Shown here in pieces: positions 8,773-16,810 of a stretch of 39,932 nucleotides of DNA (its first letter is position 1; the number at the start of each line of letters is the position of its first letter). Origin of the DNA: Myxococcota bacterium (GTDB lineage: Bacteria; Myxococcota_C; UBA6777); the NCBI GenBank assembly GCA_023150835.1, contig JAKLKB010000076.1, positions 1 to 39,932 of the forward strand, in the 5' to 3' direction. The notes below the pieces were generated by a model that saw only the letters and a program-made list of their open reading frames with translations, did no database searches and was not told the DNA's origin. Made by a program: the position numbers and the translations under genes.

Positions 8773-8832
8773 CCGCCGATACGGGGTCAAGGGGACGAAG
8801 TTCCCTTGCGGGGTGTGGGGTAGAACCCCATA
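8773..8832 (-). repeat. Repeat family B core copy
   Basis: CCGCCGATACGGGGTCAAGGGGACGAAGTTCCCTTGCGGGGTGTGGGGTAGAACCCCA. Confidence 0.8.
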
Positions 8833-8888
8833 CGCGCCTTGTTAAGGTGGAAACCTCGTAGAGTTGGTCTTGATCGCCTTTTTTTTTT

Positions 8889-9032
8889 CTCCCCCCCCCT
8901 CAATCCCCCCGTGAACGGGGGGAAGTTGGAACGGGCAGCGTCTGCATTTCGTGCATACAGCGTGCGTCATGAAAAAACAAAATCCCCGATGCTTCCGACT
9001 TTCGCTCCCTCCCCTGTTCACGGGGGAGGGCG
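8889..9032. repeat. Repeat family C (REPIN-like; two inverted CCCCC-GTGAAC-GGGGG hairpins flanking a core)
   Basis: 8926-9032 is the reverse complement of 39826-39932 with one mismatch seen. Confidence 0.9.
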
Positions 9033-9080
9033 AGCAGACAAATACGTAAAGACCGTTATCAGAAAAGTGCGTAAAGACCG

Positions 9081-9809
9081 TCAAACAGCACTACGACTGC
9101 TGCTTGCGTGTGGGCCGTAAGTCGCGAGCAGATAACGCATGATGGCTTGCGGATCGCTGAGGGAGGTCGCGGTGTTGGTGTCGATGAAATAAGGGATGTG
9201 GACTTCTCCGCTGACACGCAAAAGCTCGGCGCGGCGCATACTTCCGTGTGCAACGTTCTTGATCCAGCAGGGCAGATCGAGCGAATGGAGGACTTCGCGG
9301 ATCATGCGGCAAGAGGGAGAGCCTTCGTATTGGTACAGCACCAACATCTCGCGGGGAAGGGGCCGTTGTTCGATACCGCGTTCAACAGACGCCCCTTTTT
9401 GTCGGATGGATGAAGATATCAGCGCGTTGATGGTTTGAAACGGAGCACGAAGATGGCTGAAAAGGCCGCGCCCTCGGCCATATTGTTCGCAGAGATAAGT
9501 GATGATCTCTTCGGATTCGTAGATCCTGCGGCCTGTGTTGGGATCGAGTAGGAACGGGAAGAGCTTTTTTCCCCCCAGTTCTTTGAGTTTTTCGCGGTGT
9601 TGGGAGCCGCGAGCGGTGGGATAACTGATGTAGTCGATATCGAATTCGCTGAGGAACTCACGAACTTTGCGACTAAAGGGACAGACTTCGGACTCAAACA
9701 ACTGCAAAGGCCGCACAGGCGGGGCAGCAGGGTGATACAACACAAAGATGCCTCGCCCGGGGCGGGTGATAGAAACCCCCAAGTGACTGAGATGATCGAA
9801 AAGGCCCAT
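9081..9809 (-). CDS. Tandem glutaredoxin/GST N-terminal domain protein
   Basis: LFESEVCPFSRKVRE...GGKKLFPFLLDPNTG...YESEEII, then LYQYEGSPSCRMIRE...IPYFID; AGGAG RBS before ATG 9809. Confidence 0.82.
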   Translation of the reverse strand: MGLFDHLSHLGVSITRPGRGIFVLYHPAAPPVRPLQLFESEVCPFSRKVREFLSEFDIDYISYPTARGSQHREKLKELGGKKLFPFLLDPNTGRRIYESEEIITYLCEQYGRGRGLFSHLRAPFQTINALISSSIRQKGASVERGIEQRPLPREMLVLYQYEGSPSCRMIREVLHSLDLPCWIKNVAHGSMRRAELLRVSGEVHIPYFIDTNTATSLSDPQAIMRYLLATYGPHASSSRSAV

Positions 9810-10030
9810 AGCCGCTCCTGTATGGATGCTGACGTTGCGCACAGCGTACCGCCCTGTTTGGAAGACGTGATGGCGTCGGTGTGCCAGAGGCGTGTCACTG
9901 CGAAGGCGGAGTCTCCCACGCCTTGCAAAAAGGCGCAAGAGTCGGCTTTGAACGAGAGCCGTTGTGTTCGCTTGGCACAAGCCAGACAGAAAGCAGGGCC
10001 GATGCTGTCTCTTTTTGAGATGGACTGCTT

Positions 10031-10072
10031 GCTTAAATCATCTTGTTTTGAGCTTAAATCATCTTGTTTTGA
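10031..10072. repeat. 2 x 21-bp tandem repeat (GCTTAAATCATCTTGTTTTGA); possible enhancer for the sigma54 promoter
   Basis: Exact tandem duplication ~90-130 bp upstream of the -24 element. Confidence 0.7.
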
Positions 10073-10163
10073 GACGGTGATCTTTTTGCGAGAGAGTTGT
10101 TTCGGGCTTGGGAAGCGGAGGACAACCTTGTGGGGGTGGGTAGAGAGCAGTCATGGCAAGGGG

Positions 10164-10178
10164 TGGCACACGGCTTGC
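10164..10178 (+). promoter_or_regulatory. sigma54 (-24/-12) promoter
   Basis: TGGCAC-ACGGC-TTGC matches the consensus TGGCAC-N5-TTGC. Confidence 0.75.
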
Positions 10179-10189
10179 CCTACAAGCCA

Positions 10190-10315
10190 CCAACGTCACA
10201 AGACACCCTTGATGGATTCCATCTTTGAGTTTCTTCCGTTTTTTCCGGTTATCGAGAGTCCCGTCCCCCCTCGGTAACCAAGAAAGGCTCTGCGTCTCGC
10301 AGGGCCTTTTTTTTT
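10190..10315 (+). ncRNA. Putative sigma54-dependent small RNA, Pxr-like
   Basis: Lies between promoter and terminator; 10-bp stem 10247-10256/10270-10279 with C-rich loop; no long ORF with an RBS. Confidence 0.6.
10283..10315 (+). terminator. Intrinsic terminator (may also serve the convergent operon ending at 10326)
   Basis: AAAGGCTCTGCG-TCT-CGCAGGGCCTTT followed by a T-run. Confidence 0.85.
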
Positions 10316-10325
10316 GAAAGATTTT

Positions 10326-11975
10326 TCAAGAGCCGCTGACCAAGGCAGCGATGAGTTGTGTGCGCGATGCAGCGATGCTTTCCATGCTGCTGCCTTCGAT
10401 CGGCAAGTAAAAAGAAAAGCTGTGTAGGTCTTGTTCTCGGGCGTAGGAAGTGGGTGGACGTTGGGCGTCAAGGATGTCCTCTGAAGAGTCGATACCTGCT
10501 CGTGATTTTTGTTTTTTGGCGCGTCTTTTTTCGAGAGAGGGTTTTCGTTTTGGGGGCGGTGTGGTGGAGGGGATTTCTTGTGGGGCGAACGGGGCGGTGT
10601 TTGGGGAGGTGGGTTGGAGGATGGGAAAAAGGATACCGTGGATCGCGGGGAGATGATCGTTGTATTGCGTAAAGATATCTTGCCAGTGGCGGATATTTTG
10701 GTAACACAGGGCGATGGCGTAGACCTTGCGTTGTGGGTCAAGGCAGTCGCGGGGATCGAGGGTGCGGGAGAGATGGAGATGGACGCTGCCGTGTTGGATC
10801 TCGTCGTAGAGTCGGAGCTTGAGCAGATCGAGGTCTTGTTGAAAGGCGGCGGGATCGAGGCGACCATGTAAGCAATGGATGTGAAATTGAAGCGCGTCAT
10901 GCTCGAAGTATCGGGTGAGATCGCGGATCAAGCGTAGGCAGAGTCCGAGCAAGAGGATGGAGAACTGATAATCGTAGCCGCTGGATTTGAGGGAGAAGAT
11001 CTCGCCGAGATCGAGGATCAGGTGGACGGTTCGGCGTTTTCGGCGAAGTTGCCCAGCATCGCGGGTGTAGAACAACAACTCACCTTCGACAAAGCGCAGA
11101 TCGAAGAGATCGATCTCTTCTTTGGATTCCATGTAGATAAGCTCGGAGAGAACGAGGTTTTCGAAGGCTCCGCGTGTGGTGATCTCGGAGATCCCGCCTG
11201 TCGGGTAGTAGGTTTCGTCGACAAAAGCGGTGTCGCTGTCGGCGGATTCGTCTTGGATCGGGAGTTCGCGTAAGTCGATCTCGCCCAAGCGTCGCTCGAT
11301 CTCGATCAGTTGGCGACAGCCGATGCGTAAGGCTTCGGTCTTGAGCTTTTCAAAATGGGTCAGTTCAAAGAGATCTTCTTCGTGCAAGAGGTCGGACCAT
11401 CGGACTTTTTGCGATGTATTTTGAAGGAATCGCAAAAGCTGTTGTGCAAACGAAGGGAGCTTTGGCAGGGCTTCGGTGATGCGTTGGTGGGCTGCATCGA
11501 TCTGGTCGTAGGAAGTCGCAGAAAGCATGCTCCCGCGCAACTGGGAGGGATGCAACAAGATATCTCGTGGCGCATTCGCCGCAAGAGGACGCCACAGCAG
11601 TTCAAGTAAGCGAAGATGAAGCTGTTTTTTGTCTGGGGCGGTTTGCAGCATCTCGAAGGCTGTTTGGAGATGGAAGTTTTGAAGAAAGCGAGACAGCCAC
11701 TCATTTTCGTAGCGCAAGCGCAAGGTGCGTTCTTCTTCGGGCCAATCTTGGAAGCCTTTGAGCGAAGCAAAGCGGGTGTTGTGGCCTTCGTAAAGCAGCG
11801 CACCAAGGTCCACGATCAAGAAAAACGGGAGATGGTAATGCCCCAGCCCAGCAAGGTGGCGATACCAGACGAAGGCGGGCGAAAGGTAAGCGCGCAAGAG
11901 ATCTTCGGAGAGCGCGCTGTAGCGCAGGCTTGCGAGCAGATAAGAAGTGGTTTGGGCTTCGGGGATGGTGTGCAT
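10326..11975 (-). CDS. ViaA-like / degenerate vWA partner of MoxR (FtsH ternary system)
   Basis: YPTGGISEITTRGAFENLVLSEL...LFDLRFVEGELLFYTR motif of MoxR-associated vWA proteins, followed by strand VHLILD without DxSxS; directly downstream of MoxR; start moved to ATG 11975 to avoid overlap. Confidence 0.7.
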   Translation of the reverse strand: MHTIPEAQTTSYLLASLRYSALSEDLLRAYLSPAFVWYRHLAGLGHYHLPFFLIVDLGALLYEGHNTRFASLKGFQDWPEEERTLRLRYENEWLSRFLQNFHLQTAFEMLQTAPDKKQLHLRLLELLWRPLAANAPRDILLHPSQLRGSMLSATSYDQIDAAHQRITEALPKLPSFAQQLLRFLQNTSQKVRWSDLLHEEDLFELTHFEKLKTEALRIGCRQLIEIERRLGEIDLRELPIQDESADSDTAFVDETYYPTGGISEITTRGAFENLVLSELIYMESKEEIDLFDLRFVEGELLFYTRDAGQLRRKRRTVHLILDLGEIFSLKSSGYDYQFSILLLGLCLRLIRDLTRYFEHDALQFHIHCLHGRLDPAAFQQDLDLLKLRLYDEIQHGSVHLHLSRTLDPRDCLDPQRKVYAIALCYQNIRHWQDIFTQYNDHLPAIHGILFPILQPTSPNTAPFAPQEIPSTTPPPKRKPSLEKRRAKKQKSRAGIDSSEDILDAQRPPTSYAREQDLHSFSFYLPIEGSSMESIAASRTQLIAALVSGS

Positions 11976-12003
11976 GGCGCTCTCGTTTTGGAGATCTGTT
12001 GCG

Positions 12004-12999
12004 TTAATGAAGACGGAGAAGCGTATCGACTTTTTCTCGAACGGGAGCAAAGTCTTGGATGCGATCGGCGACATAGCGCAACAAAACGAGGTCTTCTTTG
12101 GTGACGACGCCTCCGTGAATTAAGAAGGCGCGTGTACGGATCAGTTTATAGAGTTTGATCACTTTGCGGTCGCTGATCTCGATGCGGTCTTCTTTTTCGA
12201 GTGTTTTGAGGATGCGTTTGAACAGAGCGTAGACATCGCTTGGGAAAAAGCGGTCGCGATCTGTTCTGCCTTCTTTGTCTTCGGTGCGAGACATCGTGTG
12301 ATCGAGATAGGCTTTGAGTTTGAGAAAGTCTTCAAGGCGGCAAAGGTCGGCCCAAGGGCGCTGTTGGAAGGCTTTGTACGTCTCGTTGCGCAAGCCTTTT
12401 TCGAGAAGTTCATCGAAGTGTGTTTCGCGCACACTTTCGCTTTCGACTTTGAGTGTGAAGCGGTCGCGCAAGGCTCCAAGCTCAGAGAACTCAGGGATCT
12501 CATTCGTTGCTCCAAAAAGCATGACCAGATCGATCGAGATCGGCTTACCATCTTGGTAATATTTTCGCTCATTGATGATCGTAAGAAGCGTATTTAAGAT
12601 CGCGGAGTTTGATTTAAAGATCTCATCCAAGAAGGCGACGCGAGATTGAGGAAGTTTACCTTCGGCGCGTCGGAGGTAGCGACCTTCTTTTAATTGGTTG
12701 ATATCGATGGGGCCGATGATCTCGCTTGGTTCGGTGAATTTGGTGAGCATATACTCAAAGTATTCTTCACCTTCAAGGCCGATGGCTTGGGCGAATTTGA
12801 CGATCAGATCGGACTTGGCGGTACCGGGTTTTCCGACGAGCAAGAGGGGTTCTTGGGCGAGGGTGCAGAGGACCATCAAGTCGACGATATCTTCTTTGTT
12901 GACGAAGTACTGCGCGAGGTGTTTTCGGACTTGGTTGACGCGCTTGCGGAGGTTTTCGACTTGGGGTTTGAGATCTTCGAAGGCGTATGTAGGAAGCAA
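12004..12999 (-). CDS. MoxR/RavA-family AAA+ ATPase
   Basis: GKPGTAKS Walker A, YFEYMLTKFTEPSEIIGP, FLDEIFKSNSAILNTLLTIINER, ALRDRF; TTG start with GGAGA RBS next to the upstream stop. Confidence 0.92.
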   Translation of the reverse strand: MLPTYAFEDLKPQVENLRKRVNQVRKHLAQYFVNKEDIVDLMVLCTLAQEPLLLVGKPGTAKSDLIVKFAQAIGLEGEEYFEYMLTKFTEPSEIIGPIDINQLKEGRYLRRAEGKLPQSRVAFLDEIFKSNSAILNTLLTIINERKYYQDGKPISIDLVMLFGATNEIPEFSELGALRDRFTLKVESESVRETHFDELLEKGLRNETYKAFQQRPWADLCRLEDFLKLKAYLDHTMSRTEDKEGRTDRDRFFPSDVYALFKRILKTLEKEDRIEISDRKVIKLYKLIRTRAFLIHGGVVTKEDLVLLRYVADRIQDFAPVREKVDTLLRLH

Positions 13000-13001
13000 G
13001 G

Positions 13002-16000
13002 TTATTCTCCCATCGGTTGAGTGAGGTCTTCGTGAAGGATACGTTCGCGCAGAGCCATCTCATCGCGATCCATGTATTGTTTCATTTGTCCGAGAGCGAG
13101 TTGTTCTTTGCTCGCAGCGATGCGTACGAGTTGCAGTTGAAGAAGATAACCGAGGCGCTGTAGGGCGCTTCCCTCATAGTACACGCGCATCGTGCTATCC
13201 GGGGCGTTGATCTGTTGAACGAATTGATCGGTGATGCTTTGAAGAAGTTGATTTCGTTCTTGGAGTGGTAGCTCTTCGATGGCTTGGAGAGCGACACCGC
13301 AAAAGTCGAGGAAGTCGATGGGGTTGTCGATCCAGCGGTAAAGCCACATCAGACATTGTTGGATGATCTCGATGGCTTGGGGCAAACGCTCAAGAGAAAC
13401 CAGACCTTGGGCGATGTGCAGGCGCATCAACATAAAGAACAGCCCACGCACGGAGTCCGATTCATCAGGAGGGCGGGAGGGGGCTACGCGAACAAAGTCC
13501 AAGAAATGCGCGAGCAAGACGTGGCCGGAGCCGCCCCATCGGAGCTTTCCAAGCAGATCGACAAAGCGCGAGATGGCTTTGGCGACTTCGTTGTAATCGA
13601 CGGGCGCACGGGAAAAATCGCCTTCACCCCGTATCGCATCGCGTAGTACCGACAGAAAGGTTTGGGTGAGGTGTTCGATGTGATCGGCTTTTCCCTGTTT
13701 GTGGGCTTCTTGGAGTGCTGCAAAGGCTTCTTGGAGGCGGGGCGCATGGATCGGAGCGTCCGTGTAGAGACGGCGGACATTGGAGGCGGCGAAGGCGGAT
13801 TGTAGCTCTTTTTCTTTGGCAGGTTGTAAAAGGCGAGAGCATTCTTCTATTTTTTCTTTAAGAAAAGGCTGCTTTTCAAGAAGGGAGGTGTGGTGTTGAA
13901 GCCGAGAGGCTGTGCGGATCTCGAAGGCTTCGTCTGCGTAAGAGGCTACGCTGTGGCTGATCGCAGCGACCCACAGATCCAATTCTTGATCGTCTTTGGC
14001 GTATTGTTGGGCTTCTTGGAGCAGATCGACGCCTGTTGGAAGGACTCCGACTTGGAGATGTCCTGCACCGACAAGGGCTTGCCCGACGATGCGAAAAGGA
14101 GGCAATTGCAGTTGAGCGAATTGGTTGCGCAGGTAATGGAGATGGTGAAGAGCGAGATGCTGATCGTTTTGTTCTGCTTGGGTTTCGGCGAAGAGTTGGC
14201 GGTTGTTTGCGAAGGCGCGTTGGAGAAATGTGGGGATATCGGTGATCGAAAGGCCATATTCATTGAGTTCGCGCAGCATGGATTCGCGCACACGGGCTGC
14301 TTCGCGCTGGTCGCGGTTGCATCGAAGGACTTCACGCCATGCAAGCCAACGTAGCTTTTTGCGTAAGAGAGCTTCGCTCTGATGTAGCCACTGGATATGT
14401 GTCTGCAACCACCCAGTACGGACACCCGTCGGTGCTGTAAAGAGGCTGGACAAAAACGCATCGCGTCTTGTATAGATCTGTGCGTTTTCGGTGGGTACGT
14501 TTGTGTGCTTTGTATGGGCTGTTTTAAAGAATATTTCTTGAAGCTGTTTTTTTAGCAGAGCTTCGTTTGGAGGGGAGGCGAGCCAAAGGGCCTCGATCAG
14601 GCATTCTTGGGCTTCGTCGAGTTTTTGCATCTCTTGTTTGAGTTGAGCGAGCATAAAAAAATCGTCGCTTTGTGGGTCTTGAAGGAGCTGAGCTTCAAGG
14701 GTGCGTTCTTCTTCTTCGAGCGCGCTGCGGCGGTGCTCGGAGGTGGCGGTGGGGTTGGTTTTGGAGCGTGGTGTGGGAGGGCGTTGCGTGGGCGATGTCT
14801 GCGGCTCATTCGTTTCTTTGGGAGAAGTTTCTTGTGCGGATTTTTCTCGATCTTTGGGTGTGTGGGTGTCTCGCGATGAAGTGGACTGGCGTGTGTTGAG
14901 GAGTTCAGGACGGTAAGGAGCGCGGGTGTAGCGGCCTAGGTCAAAAACACTTTGTTGCTGGATGGATTGGAGATGTTCGATGTTTTGGGTGATCAAATAG
15001 TCGATGTATTGGCGCAGCGGAGCGAAAGCGTCTTCGCGGATGCGTGTCAGGGTGGCTTCTTCCATGCGGTGAGTGGACGCGGAAGGGAGGGTGACGAAAG
15101 TCAAGATGCCAGCGCGCAGATCAAAGAGGGGAGTGTATTGGTCGCGGCGGAGTTGGGGCTGAAGCTCGATATCCACAGGAAGCAGCAGTTGATGGATCCC
15201 TTTGTAACAAGCAAAGCGCTGACCGCCAAAGTCCAGCCATGCCCGACCTTTTCCGATCTGTTTTTCACGTAAGAAAAAGCGATGCTTTCCATCTTGATCT
15301 TTCTGGATATTGATCAGCAAAAGAGAAAGATCGTCTTCGTCCATCAAAGACAACTGGCGTTCAAGTTGAGGGCGATGTTGCTCTTCAAGCAGCCAGATCT
15401 CGGGTTCCAACGGGCGATTTCGCGGTTCAAAGCGCAGAGGCAAGGAAAAGCGAGGGGTTTGTTCTTTGCTTTCTTCCCAGTCTTGTTCGGTGTGGAGTTG
15501 GAGGACGAATTGCGCGGCTTTGTAGATATCTTGCCATTGGACGGGGGCGATGGTTTGCGGAGGAGCGCCCTGTGGAACAAAGGTCCATCGGGGTTCACGC
15601 GGCATCTCGGACAAGCGCCACAGATCGATCAAGGGGTGTCGATAGCCCCAAGGCGTAAAAAAATCGGTAGCTTCTTCTGTGTAAAGAGTGATCTGTTTTG
15701 AGTATTGTTCTTTACAGATCTGTAAGAGGTAGAAGGATGGAGCTTCGATCCGCAACAACAAGCCATTGTGGGGTGGATTGTGGAGAGGAGCGTATTGGAT
15801 GCGATCGTTTTGCAGGCGCATACTGATCTCGACGAGGGGACCGAGCTGATCGGGATCATGAAGCCAAAAGATCACATGTTCTTTTGGGGCAGAAAGCGGA
15901 AGAGCGGGGACGAGGTCGACGAGAGAAAGCAAGTCTTGCGCATCGCGGCGCTGGAGGACGAGCAGATCTTGTTGAGATCTATCTGGGAGAAAAAGTCGGA

Positions 16001-16235
16001 GAGAGGACTGGTTTTCTTCGATATGGTAAGTATTTTCAAAAAAATGAGAAAACAGTTTACCGAGCAGGCTTTTTTTACGAACAAAGCCGACGAGCAAAAG
16101 CAAAGGGCGGGTGGGTGGGGTTTGGGGTTGGGCGAGGTAAAGCGAGTAGCCGCGTGCGTTGTGACCTTCCGATCCGTGAAGTCGAATAAAGTCCCAAAAG
16201 GCGTCTATCTCGCGAAAGATCAGGGCGTTGCGCAT
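13002..16235 (-). CDS. Large (1077 aa) uncharacterised protein of the FtsH ternary operon; helical/TPR-like C-terminal half
   Basis: Long ORF coupled to MoxR; FFTPWGYRHP and LLLPVDIELQPQLRRD motifs; low-complexity central linker. Confidence 0.75.
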   Translation of the reverse strand: MRNALIFREIDAFWDFIRLHGSEGHNARGYSLYLAQPQTPPTRPLLLLVGFVRKKSLLGKLFSHFFENTYHIEENQSSLRLFLPDRSQQDLLVLQRRDAQDLLSLVDLVPALPLSAPKEHVIFWLHDPDQLGPLVEISMRLQNDRIQYAPLHNPPHNGLLLRIEAPSFYLLQICKEQYSKQITLYTEEATDFFTPWGYRHPLIDLWRLSEMPREPRWTFVPQGAPPQTIAPVQWQDIYKAAQFVLQLHTEQDWEESKEQTPRFSLPLRFEPRNRPLEPEIWLLEEQHRPQLERQLSLMDEDDLSLLLINIQKDQDGKHRFFLREKQIGKGRAWLDFGGQRFACYKGIHQLLLPVDIELQPQLRRDQYTPLFDLRAGILTFVTLPSASTHRMEEATLTRIREDAFAPLRQYIDYLITQNIEHLQSIQQQSVFDLGRYTRAPYRPELLNTRQSTSSRDTHTPKDREKSAQETSPKETNEPQTSPTQRPPTPRSKTNPTATSEHRRSALEEEERTLEAQLLQDPQSDDFFMLAQLKQEMQKLDEAQECLIEALWLASPPNEALLKKQLQEIFFKTAHTKHTNVPTENAQIYTRRDAFLSSLFTAPTGVRTGWLQTHIQWLHQSEALLRKKLRWLAWREVLRCNRDQREAARVRESMLRELNEYGLSITDIPTFLQRAFANNRQLFAETQAEQNDQHLALHHLHYLRNQFAQLQLPPFRIVGQALVGAGHLQVGVLPTGVDLLQEAQQYAKDDQELDLWVAAISHSVASYADEAFEIRTASRLQHHTSLLEKQPFLKEKIEECSRLLQPAKEKELQSAFAASNVRRLYTDAPIHAPRLQEAFAALQEAHKQGKADHIEHLTQTFLSVLRDAIRGEGDFSRAPVDYNEVAKAISRFVDLLGKLRWGGSGHVLLAHFLDFVRVAPSRPPDESDSVRGLFFMLMRLHIAQGLVSLERLPQAIEIIQQCLMWLYRWIDNPIDFLDFCGVALQAIEELPLQERNQLLQSITDQFVQQINAPDSTMRVYYEGSALQRLGYLLQLQLVRIAASKEQLALGQMKQYMDRDEMALRERILHEDLTQPMGE

Positions 16236-16288
16236 GGGAGAGGAACTCGCTTTCTTGCTGGGTGTTGGGGGACGATGCGCGGCTTGGG

Positions 16289-16555
16289 TTAACTGGATTT
16301 GGCGGCTTGTTGCGCGTCATGGGGTTGCTCGTTTTGTGTGGTCGAAGCGGCTTGTGGTGTGAGGCGTCGAACTTTGAGATCGCCGACTTCATCAGGACGC
16401 AACACACCTTTGCCGAGCAATTGAGCCATGATCTCGCGGTGTTGCTGCTCATGTTCGATGGGTAGCGCATCGTCATCAGAAGTAAAGTCTACATAGATAT
16501 CTTTTTTTCCCGTTTCAAGGTTGTAGCGAAGATGGATCACGATCTCTTCAGACAT
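16289..16555 (-). CDS. Small conserved protein of the FtsH ternary operon
   Basis: MSEEIVIHLRYNLETGKKDIYVDFTSDDDALPIEHEQQHRE; AAAGGTG RBS; position within the operon. Confidence 0.75.
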   Translation of the reverse strand: MSEEIVIHLRYNLETGKKDIYVDFTSDDDALPIEHEQQHREIMAQLLGKGVLRPDEVGDLKVRRLTPQAASTTQNEQPHDAQQAAKSS

Positions 16556-16650
16556 GAATGCACCTTTCTTTCTTTTCTGATAGTGAATCTTCTTTTTTAT
16601 GGCACACGATATCTAGCAGATGCGTGGGCGGAAGATGAAGAGTGATCCGC

Positions 16651-16784
16651 TGTAGCCGCCTAATGGTTGGGCAGCCACAGGGGGCTGCCTCTATATCTTT
16701 CGCTCACACAATGGGCGGATTTTCCGCCGAAATGGGGTCAAGGGGGCAAAGTTCCCTTGTGGGGCGTGGGGCAATGCCCCACAC
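16651..16784. repeat. Composite of family A partial (16651-16722) and family B core (16723-16784) inside the operon
   Basis: GGGCAGCCACAGGGGGCTGCC...GGGCGGATTT abutting CCGCCGAAATGGGGTCAAGGGG...GCCCCACA. Confidence 0.8.
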
Positions 16785-16810
16785 AATTATCCAATCCAAT
16801 CGCATAAGCT

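Noticed and set aside
10212-10277. Phe-rich 21-aa ORF as an attenuator leader peptide
   Set aside because: No RBS and no downstream co-oriented operon to attenuate; the sRNA reading fits better, though a small peptide is not excluded
16600-16617. TGGCAC as a second sigma54 promoter
   Set aside because: No TTGC at the required spacing, and it faces against the operon
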